This document shows positions 39,019 to 51,896 of a DNA stretch of 64,000 bases, piece after piece. The position numbers and the translations under genes are program-made. The stretch comes from Rhizodiscina lignyota (taxonomy: Eukaryota), in assembly GCA_010015805.1 (NCBI GenBank), contig ML978129.1, positions 1,426,001-1,490,000 on the forward strand. Direction: 5' to 3'. The notes beneath the pieces were generated by a model. It made no database searches and was not told the origin of the DNA. It saw only the letters and a program-made list of their open reading frames with translations. Within the stretch, counting starts at the first letter, position 1. Each line of letters opens with the position of its first letter.

Positions 39019-40832
39019 AAGTAATGGAAGCAAGATGAGGCGTTCCAACTCTGTTCCGTTATTCCAATAAAAATGGTATTACGGGACTTTAAGATGCAGC
39101 ATCTCCTCTCTTACTGGCTTGTATCGTTAGTCCAAATGGTCAACAAGTTGAAACTCTATAGCAAAACCGTCTTTAACAGAGCAGGCCATTTTGCACTCGC
39201 TCGAAGTGCACGACTGGCGAGCTAGCCAAAGGTCGCACATAAATCCTTCTTCCAGTAACACACGAGTTTATCGACCCTGCAAGATAATAGATCATGGATT
39301 TTCCTTCCAAAAAGATCGTCGAGCTGGAGCTCGTGACAGCACATGGTCTTGGCCCAAGCGATTGTTTGATACATCGTTTCGTATTGTATCGTAATGTGTG
39401 CTTGACTTTGAGGCTTCTCGTATTGTATTATATCATTCTGTGATTTCCAACGCTAAGAGACGAGAACCTTGTGCAGCATGAGGACGACGATCAAATCATC
39501 AGGCGCAGCGCCACGGCTCATGCCGTAGCTGATGACAACATGAAGCCGAAACATCGTAGTAAAGGGGTCAAGGACATGAGGCTACGTGTATGAGACAATT
39601 GTCTCACAAATGCACGCCATGGCTCTTCAGCTGGAAGCAAATGTACGCGCTATTGGCATACGAGTGTCCCTGGGCAATGGTCGAGACTTCGGCGAATGTA
39701 CTCCTCTTCGACTTCGCGACAATCGGGGCGATCTAGCCAAGGATGGCTGTGTGAACAGTCAGCTTCCACTCTACACGATGATTTGCAGATTCCTTATCCT
39801 CTCTGACGGGATCTACAGGCGGCCCATACTTCCAGCTCGCAAATACAGCTCTTTTGTAGCTCATGGAACAGGTCCAGTTGATATGCTTATAATGTACCCT
39901 CTAAAAAGACATTTTCTCGGACAGGAGGTGGTTGGCGAAGGTGTCAAGGGTGGCTCGATCGACCATGCCCCTCTGCTTTCGAGTTGTAAGTAGGATAAAG
40001 GTTTACGACCTTTGGATTTTCTGAAGGGATGTAGTACTGTGGCCAACGAGCTCATCGGCTAACCAGAAGCAGGGTTTGAAATCGGCATGCTAACCACTCC
40101 GTCAGGGCTGGGAAATATCGATTTTGACACCCCAGGCCTGCCCGAGTACTAAGGCTATGTTTGGCACACGATTCGGATTTGGAACCACCAAATTGAAAAG
40201 GTCTCCGAATTGGCCTATACTTTTTGAAATCAGGGAAGAATTTGTGAACGCTTGCGCTTGGGGAGGTGCTGACTGCAGCTCGTCTAAAGCTTAGCATAAC
40301 GTTTACTGATCTTATGCTTGGCACAGATGTGTTAAGGAGGTTTAGATGGAAGACCCACCTATAATCGCCATTTTACAAAACTCAATTTTACACACCTGGT
40401 TCATTAGATGGACAAGGGGGAGGCAGGGACCAGGGCCACTGTGGAGCAAAGCCTAATCTGACGTTAGGTCGCTTCAGTTGTTATCCACAATTCCATTGCC
40501 TTGAACATGACCACGATAATCTCCGGGACACACTCGTGCTAGGCTTGTACCTATATCAGGTTTTGCAGTACTTCAGATTACTTAGCTAAGAATGAGGGTG
40601 CAGAATGTAGGTTTGAACTGAATGTGGGTGTAGCTGAAAAGTGTTGATTTAGAAGTCAGCGCTTGGTTTCACGTCGAGCATTGTTCTGGACAGAAATATC
40701 TACTATCTTAGATAGTAGAAGAGTTGTATCCAAGTCAAATATACTTTTCAGGTTTCAGCGATATTCGTACCGTGTTAATGTCGGCTTCGCTGTCGACGAT
40801 CTTCGACACTGTGGTTCTCATCTCTTGGCAAA

Positions 40833-43800
40833 ATGGAGTCGGCGTCGCAGACGATTCTCTACTTTGGAGACCAAACAGATTCTGCTGTGGACGGCATTGA
40901 CCAGCTGTACAGACAAGCTGCAACAATACCATGGCTCCAATCGTTCCTCGACGACATAGTTCAGGTCTTCAAGGAAGAGTCAAAGGGAATGGATCGCGTT
41001 TTACAAGACAGCCTCGGAGATTACCATAGCCTCTATGAACTCGCCGACAGATATCGCTACTCGACCGACCAAACGGGCATGGTGAATGCCATCCTGTTAC
41101 ATGCCGTGAGAGCAGCAATGCTACTACAGTGAGTATTGGCTGTACAATCAGAAAGTCGACCCTCACTGACCATAACAAGATGGGTACAGAGAGAGCCGCA
41201 GCTCGTGGACACAACGGGGCCAAAGCCTGAAAGGCTTGGTATCTCTGGAGGGCTCACGAATCTTGCTGCACTAGCCATCTCTACAGATTTTGAATCTCTG
41301 TATGATGCAGTGCTTGAGGTGGCCAGACTGTTTTTCAGACTTTGCAGGTTCACCTCCGTGCGATCGAGGGCCATGGAGGACCGCCCTGGATGCTGGGGCT
41401 GGGCTGTATTAGGAATTGAGCAAGATGAACTTCGCAAAGTTCTTGATCAGTTCCAACAAAGCATGGTGAGTGAGACCGCGCATAGCAGTTCAGCTTGCAG
41501 ACTGATTTACTGTTCAAAAGGGGATCCCAAGTATCAAGAGAGCAAAGGTCGGCGTCACTGGGGACCGATGGAGTACTATTGTTGGAGCACCATCGGTCCT
41601 GGAACTATTCATCAACCAATGCCCCGCTGTGAGGAATCTGCCAAAGACCGAGTTGAACATCCACGCCCTTCAACACGCAGTTACTGTCTCTCAGGCGGAT
41701 ATCGACTACATTGTTGGGAATTCGGCCTTGCTAGCTACTCCAATCCTCCCCGACTTCAATGTTTGGGGCATGGACGACCCCGAAGCCACCTATTCCAATT
41801 GGGGTGCTCTGCTTGGAGCTGTGATCACGCAAGTCCTGTCCCTACCATTGGATATTACGAAGGTCATGGGGCAACTCAATGCGAAGGTTGGCTCTCGCCG
41901 TCTTGATGTCAGGGTCATTGGTCCCAGCAGCCATACACCTTACATAGCCAGCGCTCTGAAGGCTGCAGGGGGCACCGCCACTCTTCACTACGACAAGTCC
42001 TTGGAACAAACGCAGTTGCCTGGACCAGACCGAATCGCCATCGTTGGGATGGCCGGACGTGGCCCAGGCAGTGATAATCCCAAGGAATTCTGGGACATCA
42101 TTATGTCTAAACAGGACCTTTGTGAGGAGGTTCCCAAAGATCGCTTCGACATTGAAGAGTATTTTTGTACGGAGCACGGAGACAAGTGCACGACGACTAG
42201 CCGCTTCGGTTGCTTCATGAACAAGCCCGGCAATTTCGATTCTCGCTTCTTCCATGTATCGCCCAGGGAGGCATTATTGATGGACCCAGGCCATCGGCAA
42301 TTTTTAATGAGTGCATATGAGGCTCTCGAAATGGCCGGATACTCGGATGGCCAAACGAAACCGACAGACCCAAAGAGGATCGCTGCCTTCTATGGGCAGT
42401 CTAATGACGACTGGCACATGTTGAGCCACTCCGCACTCGGTTGCGATGCATATACTCTCCAAGGAGCCCAGCGTGCATTTGGTAAGTACTAATTCCGGAT
42501 CAAAATGCAATGTTGACGTTTGAGTGTAGGGGCCGGTCGCATCGCCTTCCATTTCAAATGGGAGGGTCCGACTTACTCGCTTGATTCTGCCTGTGCTTCC
42601 GCGACTTCCTCCATGCATCTCGCCTGCATGAGCCTTCTCCACAAAGATATCGATATGGCCGTTGTAGGGGCAGCCAACATTTTGGGATATCCTCATTCAT
42701 GGACTAGTCTCAGCAAGTCCGGTGTCTTATCCGATACTGGAAACTGTAAAACCTACCGTGATGATGCGGACGGCTACTGTCGAGCCGATTTTGTCGGCAC
42801 CGTGGTGCTCAAACGTCTAGATGATGCTGTAGCTCAAAACGACAATATCCTTGCAGTAGTAGCTGGCTCAGGAAGAAACCACTCTGGCAACTCTACATCC
42901 ATTACAACGTCCGATGCCGGTGCTCAGGAAAGATTGTTTCGCAAGATCATGCAAAGTGCACGAGTCTCCCCCGATGACATCTCATATGTCGAAATGCACG
43001 GAACTGGTACTCAAATTGGCGATCCAGCAGAGATGAGCGCAATTGCGAACATCTTCCAGCACCGACAGGAACACAACCTCTTGACGGTCGGAGGTGTCAA
43101 GGCGAACGTCGGCCATAGCGAAGCGGTGAGCAACAGCTTCCTTGGACGTGTGTCTTCAAATTCTGACAATTTGAATTACAGGCTGCTGGCATGGCCTCGT
43201 TGCTGAAATGTATCATGATGTTTCAGGTAAGTCCATATTTTGGTACAAACTTCAAAGTCTTGACCTCTTCATAAGAACAGCTAGTTCAGGTCTGCTGATT
43301 TATGTTTTTGGGTACACAGAGGGATATTATGCCACCGCAGGCTGGGATGCCACATGCTCTCAATCCCAAATATACATCCCTCTCTAAGCTCAACATTGAG
43401 ATCCCTTCAGAGCCAAAGGAATTCAAGTCTGCCGACCAGAAGCCGAGACGCATCCTGCTAAATAACTTTGACGCAGCGGTATATCTCCACCGATGACTGT
43501 GTATTGACTTTGCTGACGCAGTTTTGCAGGGGGGCAATGCATGCATGCTGCTTGAAGACTATGCAGATAGCGGCAATAAAAGCGTAGACTCTCGACCTTG
43601 TCATGTTATTGTATCTTCTGCCAAAACACAAGCATCCTATCATGCAAATAAAGGCAATCTGCTTGGGTGGCTGCGGGAAAATCCAGATGTCAAGATCGAA
43701 GACATTGCCTACACAACCACTGCCAGAAGGGTGCATCATCCTTTGAGATTCGCCTGCACTGCGTCGACGACAAAAGATCTTATTAGCAAGCTCGAAGAAG

Positions 43801-46800
43801 ACACAGCAGACACGTCACCATCGCGAGTCTCACCGATCGTCTTCGTCTTCACCGGTCAAGGGTCCCACTATGCCGGAATGGGTAGCGAATTGTATGATAC
43901 ATGTCCTGCATTCCGCGAGACGGTCGACCTGTGTGCGAGCATCTGTGATGAGCACGGCTTTCCCTCATTTCTGGATATCATCACCAACAACAACGTCGAC
44001 ATGTCAAACAAAGACACGATACACACTCAACTGGCTGTGGTTACGCTGGAGATTGGGCTTGCTGCCTTCTGGAGATCATCCGGAATCCAACCATCAATGG
44101 TAATGGGACATTCTCTGGGTGAGTATGCTGCTCTGCATGTTTCTGGCGTTCTTTCGCTAGCCGACATGCTATATCTGGTTGGAAACAGAGCTCGTCTGCT
44201 CCTGGAGCGATGCGAAGCTGATACATGTGCAATGCTCGCCGTTTCGACACCTTTAGCTGTTATCCAGGAGCTCCTCGAAACAAGACCACAGTCATCTTGC
44301 GGGATAGCATGTACCAACAGCCCGAGTGCTACTGTCATCAGTGGGAGCATCGATGATATTGCCGAACTCCGGACAGCTTTGACATCACGCTCAAAGATGC
44401 TAACGGTTCCATACGGCTTTCACTCCTTCCAAATGGACTCGGTGCTGGACGACTACATCTCTCTCGCAGGAGGTGTTACATATTCGGTGCCCAAAATTCC
44501 AGTTGCATCACCCCTACTCGCTTCAATCGTGGAGACATCAGGAGTTTTCAATGGAGGTTATCTGGGTCAACAGACTCGGCAAACGGTCGATTTTGTCGGC
44601 GCCCTCAATGCTGTGAAAGATGAGCTCGCCGATCCAGTTTGGCTTGAGATTGGACCCAGCCAAGTCTGTGGCTCTTTCATTCGGGCGACTCTTTCCCCAC
44701 CTCCAGACAAGATCATGTCGACTTTAGATTCTGGCACAAATGCTTGGGTTTCCATCTCTAAATGTCTATCTGGCGCTTACAAGAGTGGCATCGCCATTGA
44801 CTGGCTTGCTTTTCATGCTCCTTTCGAGGGAAGCTTGAAACTATTGACACTGCCGTCATATGCTTGGGATTTGAAGGACTTCTGGATCGTCCATACCGAA
44901 CCACGGAAGACGGTGGCTATCGCTCCCGTTCATGCATTCGAAGCAAAAATCTCTACTTGCGCGCAATATGTTGTGCAAGAATCGTTATCACCCAATATCC
45001 AGGTGACTCTGCGAGCTTCGATTGCCGATCCGGATTTCATGGCTCTCATTGACGGCCATCGGATGCGAGATGTGTCGATTTGCCCAGGAAGTGTCTTCTG
45101 CGAAGCAGGTTTAGCTGCTGCTAAATATGCACTCCGGCACAGCGCCAGAAAAGACTGGCCGAGCGCCAAATTGGCTTTGCACAACATATCTCTCAAGCGT
45201 CCACTCACGAAAGACCTTGTTGGCTCCAAAGGGGAACTTCTCACGACGGCCGTCATTGACAAATTGTCTAGCGACAGCATTCAAGTTTCATGGAAGGCTA
45301 CTTCGGAACATTCCTCGTACGATTTCGGCAGCTGCGTCGTGACAGTTTGTGATGTGGACAGCCTCCAGGCTGGCTGGGACAGAACCTCTTTCTTCGTCAA
45401 GGCCAGGATGAACGAGCTGATTAAAAATGTCAAAGATGGGAATGGACATAGGATGCTACCTGGTATCCTTTATGCCCTTTTCTCCAACACAGTCGATTAT
45501 GACCCCGCTTTCAAAGGTATCAAAGAGGCGTTCATATCCAGCAATTTCGAGGAAGCTGCCGCGGAAATCGTCCTTCAAAACGACCCCCCGGGTACCAAGT
45601 TCATGTCATCACCTTACTGGGGCGAGAGTCTTGTGCAATTAGCTGGCTTCCTGGTCAATGCAGATCCTTCCCGCCAAATTGCCAAGACAACGTTCATGAT
45701 GGATAGCTTTGAGAGCTTCGAGCAGACTGTTGACTTGGAACCGGGACAAGCGTACTTCACCTACGTCCGTGTCTCAAGGAAGGAGGAAGATACAACAAGC
45801 TGCGACGTATTTGTCTTCGACTCAGAAAAATTGGTCATGCAATGTTCAGGCCTTCGTTTTCACGAGGTCAGCAATGCCATCTTGGACCGACTACTCGGGA
45901 AATCAACATCCAGTTCAGGGAATGTGTCGCAAGTCCAGAAAGAGGCACCCAAGGTGGCAATATACAGCCCCAAGACTTCATCGGAAGCCCACACGCAGGT
46001 CCCCACGTGGTCAGAGCCCAGCCCGGGGAATCTTTTGGAAACTTATGAGGCGCCCGGGCTATCCGAGACTATCGAGTCAGGACGTGAGGAAAAAATCGAT
46101 TCGGACACCGGTGTCTTTCATATCATTCTCGAGAGCATCTCCAAGGAAACAGGTACCAAAGTATCCGATTTCACGGATGATACGGCACTAGTTGAACTGG
46201 GTGAGTGTTCAATTCAATGTTGGTACAAAAATTGTCACCATTGAGACTGTCTTGGAGGTCATGTGCAGATGTTCCTCATAAAGCCCTTGGAACATACATG
46301 CTGACTTTGAGGTGGTACAGGTGTTGACTCTATAATGGGTATTGAGATCGCCGCCACAGTCGCCACTAGGACAGGTTCAGACATACTTCCCTCCTTCCTG
46401 CTGCAGTATCCCACGATCGGCGACCTGCGCGACGCATTTGCAGGATCCTCAAGATCTGAATCACCCGGCAAGCCTGCCTCTAGGTTCTCTCTGCTTGGGA
46501 GTACTCCGGAATCCACGCTCAGTCCGAGTATCACACCCGATGAAAAAAAAATGGAGACTCACGTTTCGGTCCTGGAAGTTGAGAAAATAGAGATGTCTCA
46601 ATCGCGGGTTGAGGACAACTCCCCTGCTCCAAGTGCCAGAATCATGCTGCTACAGGGCCGTCCATCGAGTGGAAAGCCTCCATTTTATCTCATTGCGGAC
46701 GGCACCGGCAGCATCGCCACATACATACACTTGCCTTCATTCAGGTCGAAGATGCCTGTTTACGGTATCGACTCGCCATATCTCCACTGCCCTAGCAGGC

Positions 46801-47492
46801 TGACTGCCAAAGTAGGCATTCCAGGCGCTGCAAGGCTCATTGTCGAGGCCTTAGTAAAGGCTCAGCCAGAGGGTCCATTCTCGATTGGAGGATTTTCCGG
46901 CGGGGCTATGATCGGTTACGAAGTATGCCGCCAACTAGCAGCAGCCGGGCGTATCGTGGATAGTCTTCTGCTTATGGACATGTGCTCTCCCCGTGCTGCT
47001 GGCGTCGAGGACACCATTGAAGTCGGCTGGAGAATCTACGAGAGCATAGCCTCTCACGATGGTCTCTGGAACGCGTCAGACCCTACCCAGCAACACCTTC
47101 GCGCGCTCTTCGCAAGTGTGGCTGCATACCACCCTCCACCCATGACAGCCGAAGAGCGGCCTCAACGAACTGCCATAATCTGGGCCAAAAAGGGCATGAT
47201 CGATCGGTGCTCCCGCGACGCCGAGCTGATGCAGTTGCTAGCTGATCGGGGTATTCCCACCGAGCCCTTTGCTGGCTTTATGGAGGATCCTAAAATGGGT
47301 GCGATCGCATGGGGTCTGCCACACAAGACCACTGCAGAGCTAGGTCCCAATGGATGGGACAGATATGTCGGGGAGGCGATGTGTCTATCCATCGACGCAG
47401 ACCATCTCGAGATGCCGATGCCAGGGCACGTGCACCTGCTCCATAGCGCGATGGAAGAGGCTTTCACGTACTTGAGTGGCGCGGATAACTAG
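40833..47492 (+). CDS. Non-reducing PKS, SAT-KS-AT-PT-ACP-TE, Hpm3/PKS13-like (8 exons)
   Basis: SAT FGDQT/GISGG; KS DSACAS/EMHGTGT/VGHSE; AT GHSLG; PT IDGHRM..CPGS; ACP GVDSI (split by an intron); TE GFSGG...ADH. Seven introns splice in frame. Confidence 0.95.
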
Positions 47493-47520
47493 GCAAGAGG
47501 AGTGACAAGTTTGTTGGAGA

Positions 47521-47538
47521 CTCTCTCTCTCTCTCTCT
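47521..47538 (+). repeat. (CT)9 microsatellite just downstream of the NR-PKS
   Basis: Directly visible ctctctctctctctctct. Confidence 0.9.
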
Positions 47539-48510
47539 TTTATTTCTTTTGGACCTGTTCCGCACCTCTGACTCTGGGCCGATGAGATATATTCAGGCTT
47601 GTCTCGTCATATAGAGTGCTTAATTAGATTGATAGATATAAGTGTTGAACGCTCTCTGAAGTCACCCATCTCCAATTATCCAAATAGGTTTGGGATAACC
47701 GCAACTGAATCTCAATCTCGAAGTGACCAACCTTAGATCAACCACACGTATTAAATATCTTCTCATGATGATACGACTAATCCTAAAGAGGCATAAAATA
47801 CTTTACGTATGTAAAATGTAAATTAGTGTTAAATATGCACACAAAGATACTTTAAATACGTACGTAAAACAGTAATTAACAGTGTTTTAGGCCACATAAA
47901 TAATAGGATTTACATGCCCTTGACTGAGCTAGCCCAAAGTGCGAGCTGTGCGTGCACCAAGTGCTTAGATTAAGGTGGAGGTCAAGGCTCTCAGAATGGT
48001 AGCTAAATGACAGGGTGGTATGAAGGGTGTGTTTCGCACTCTGGAGATCGGCACCACAGGATTATCCGAATTCGGACGTCGTGTCATGCCTGTTGCGCAT
48101 CTTATCACACTCCTTCAGCCTCATAGTGCGGTATATGCGGGCTGACTTCCACGTCCACCTCAACCCATCACTTCCACTTTTGTCAGTCGTCTGCCTCGCC
48201 TCACAGAGATTCGGAAGCAGGTCGCAGGATTCGTTCATAAGCCCTGAGACATTCATCTTTACACCCTAGATCGCTGGACCGGAAGGACGCCATCCGACAG
48301 CCAGTTCACGCAAAACGGCCAGTTTGCGAACCTTGCAATGCATCCCCATGGAGGAAGCCCCACAGGCAGTGGGGATTCGGAAACATGCATACCGTAGCTT
48401 TTGGGCTTCCTCGTTGTATGCTAAGAGCGCCGTGGCTTCGCCTATCAGCGCACGGCTTTGCTACTACTAATAGACCCACGAAGCTACTTTTCTCCCCCTT
48501 TATAAACATC

Positions 48511-48780
48511 GCCTTAGTTAGATGAACCAGATTAACCTTGTGGAGAGGTATCCACTCCTTACTGTAGAGGGTTAGCGGCCGTCTTTAGGGTACCGGGTAT
48601 CGCTTTTACAATATTCGACCGACGCTAAGTACGGGAACTAACTATCTAGCTACGTAGATTGATTGATCGGAGCCCCTGCTAGCGTTGGTCGAATAAAAGC
48701 GATAACCCCGGTACAACGAGGAAGCCTAAAAGCTACGGTATTCCGTACTTAGAGATTGTATGCTTATCTACATATTATCG
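48511..48780. mobile_element. RIP-mutated repeat/transposon relic (element not identifiable)
   Basis: Approximate hand count: TpA about 33 vs ApT about 19; CpA+TpG about 15 vs ApC+GpT about 34. Confidence 0.55.
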
Positions 48781-50357
48781 CGATGATTCCGATCAAGCCC
48801 TTAGCATGCACAGATCAAACCCCAATGTATACTACGAACATGGAATCCAACTGTGCGCAACTGGGTCTAGATTCAGCTGAGACATACCCATATTCGCCGA
48901 GAAGCTGATGAAGCCATCACCGCAAGACCTGCTCCGGTGAAACGCGCATGTGGCCGCACTCAAGAACTAAGCACGGTGACGATCATTCTCCACCACGACA
49001 AGCTTTCTCCTCCGCAGGTTTACAACAACCTCAGCGAAGACTCAGGAGAGGCGCCCGAATCCCCCGCATGCCGTCCAAGACCGCCGTCAGCTGAGCATAT
49101 CGCCGCCCAGCGTTGTGATTTCAAAATCGGGCATGAAACTTCGCGCTATGAATGGATAAAGATGGTTGCATAAACATTTCAGCACCCCTTAACAGACCTG
49201 TTATGGGCAATGGTCAACCAAGCCACAGTCCACGCAAGCTCATGGTGGAGGAAACGGATTCTTACGACGGAGATCCAGTGTGGTTCATAGCTGCACCACA
49301 TCGCACAACGCGTCAACAACGGCCGCGCAAAAGCTGTATACGGTACTGAAACTGCTTTCCATGTGCATGCATGAAGGGGGTAGCAATGCTACCCGCAAAA
49401 ACTTGTGGCCCGTCAGCAGTGAGAACAGATACCCTCAGTGATCAATCGGAACGAACTTGACTCCGATCGCAACAAGCAAGGTCACTGATAGGAAATGTCG
49501 CTCATGTGCGCACTGTAAGACGGACTATTAGGGCTATCAACGTCCGCAGGAGTCCACTACCGAACTGATCCATCTTACGAGCGATGAGGTGTCTAATAGC
49601 CGCTCAGACTCGGGCCAGAAGCCAAACAATGGAGGCAAGAGCGAGCATGAGTCTCGCACTACCAATTCAGCAGCGTCGATGTTGACGGCAGATTCGCAAG
49701 CTCTCACCCCACAGCGGAGTCCAGACTCCGGAATTGCAGTCTCTTTCGAACAATCACAGTCCCTTAAGAATCTTTCTTCTGCAAGATCCAGCTCTCAAGG
49801 CCAAATCATCAAGATGCTAGGCCACTTACGTCTGCACTGTCAGTGGCCGCGACTACACAAATTACAGAAATGACAGCAACCATACCAACAAGAATAACGA
49901 GTTTGCTGATCTAGCCATCACCGAGCTCGACCCGACTACACGAACAACAATGAAATCATCGACGAGAGTAGGAGCTCGATCAAACTCGCCCTCAGTAAAC
50001 TCAAGCATGCCACCCACCTCGAACTCTTCGAGCGGGGCATGTTTCTCGCGAAATCCATTAGTTCTCCCGCCTGCGTCTGCAACCTTGTTAATGACGAGTC
50101 GCGCTCTTTTGCACACAATATCAAAGTAATTGGGAATCGAGAGTTCCGCCGTATCGATAATCGGTCCTCAGGGCCTGGAATTTCTCTCCAAGGCTTTTTC
50201 GTATCTTAAGCGACGGTCTCCTCCAGGACTTTCTCAAGCAAAAGCACCTCAGTCTGATCATGTACCCACTCAGGTCATAATCTTCGAAAACGAACGTTCC
50301 ATTGCCTCTGCAAGTGATAATATATGCTAAACGTGCAGTGCCAAGTTTCAAAACTAC

Positions 50358-51164
50358 TTATCCCGTCATTTCTGCAGCCTTGATCCAACTTTCTCTCTGC
50401 TGTAAGCCGCTGAGCCACCTATCAAAGTTCGGATACTTTTCAAATGTTTCCTTATACCTCAACATCTTCAAAGCCGATGCATTAGGCAGGTGAAATAAGT
50501 CAGCTAAGGCCACTTCGTCTCCAGTAAGATATTTCTGTTTAGCTAGAGTCTTGTCATAAACAGCCAAAACTGTCTTAAGATCGGCTTCAGCCTGGGCGAC
50601 TCGTGCTTCGTCTGGGGGATCAAGGCCCTTCATTCTATTCAACATCTGATTAGTAATTCCGCAAAGAAGACAGGAAGTTCACAAGCACCAAGAAGACACC
50701 TACGCTTTAATTACGAGCTCAGTTCCCAGCGTCTCAGCAGCAGCCGCAAAATAGCATTGTTCGACAGAACAAGCTTGTTCGAAGACACCGTAGCCCATGT
50801 AATCGCCTTCGTCGGGGATCAATTTCGTTCCCGAAGGGTACTTTCTAACACACGATATCAATAAAATTGAATCTCAATCAATCACTCCTTTCAGTTCCGT
50901 CTTTCCTCAACACGCAAACGAAACACGACTGTGAAAGGCTTACCTTGCAATGTACCTGCAAATAGCCCTGCTTTCAAACATGAGAAACCCGTCGTCATCC
51001 AACACAGGGACCTTCCCAAAAGGCTGCATCTTTTTGAAGGCCTCGCTCTTTTGATCCCCCTTCGCAATGTCAATGAAGATGAATTCATATGGCAATTTCT
51101 TCTCTAGAATTGTGGTCAAGACACGGGCACCAGACATGGCAGAGCCATAAAGTTTGAGAACCAT
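50358..51164 (-). CDS. Glutathione S-transferase, Hpm2-like (3 exons)
   Basis: MVLKLYGSAMS..RVL, QPFGKVPVL, FESRAICRY, YLTGDEVALADLFH; two introns in frame. Confidence 0.93.
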
Positions 51165-51896
51165 TTTCGCTGTCGGGTTTCTTCACTCCGTATTGTGTGA
51201 GTGATTTTTTGATAAATGGAAAAGGGCTGATCACAAAACTACGGAGGTGCCAGCCATAAATTTTGTCACCGGCCGTTTGAGACTGTCCAATGAAACGGGG
51301 GCGTTAGGAGGACCGCCCATTGGCCACAGCAAGATAAGCGCGCTGAAGGCCCCCTGCCGAGATCTTCCCCAGGATTATGTTCATGGGTCTGAAATGGTAA
51401 ACAGCACCCTTCGGGAGTAGGCAATAGGCCAAAACTTAACGAATCCCAGGCAAAATATAAGAAGCCCTTCGCTAAGAATGAGGCGGACGCGCCTCGGTCA
51501 GCTTCTAGGTAGAAGCTGAAATCTGTGGAGTAACATGAAGTCGGATCAGGGGGCATTCATCCCCACAGCACTTGCAGCCTCCGTGGGGGACCTGGTATGC
51601 TCTTTTTTGGGATGCATATTTTAATTTCATGACATTGTGTGCTACATAGCCAAAAATAGCGGTGTAGTAGTCAAGTTTCGTGCATGTTGTAAATACTGGG
51701 TTTGAACGATGACATTGGAGCTTACGGTTACTCCCCAAGGATAGAGATGATTTTCACATGTGGTATCCAATTCTTCCACTCTGCGGAATTAGGAATATTA
51801 ATTTCATTTTCGTCCTTCAACAAAGTTGTCAAGAACCTGCTATTGTTGCTGACCTCGAGTACTGGTAGGCAGCTTCTTCCAACTTTTCTTCCCGTC

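Noticed and set aside
39400..40330. Short ORFs between the P450 and NR-PKS as a remnant OMT/FMO
   Set aside because: No SAM- or FAD-binding motif was seen in the frames I read.
28486..47492. PKS genes pseudogenised because the ORF track is fragmented
   Set aside because: Every break is explained by an in-frame GT-AG intron with a branch site.
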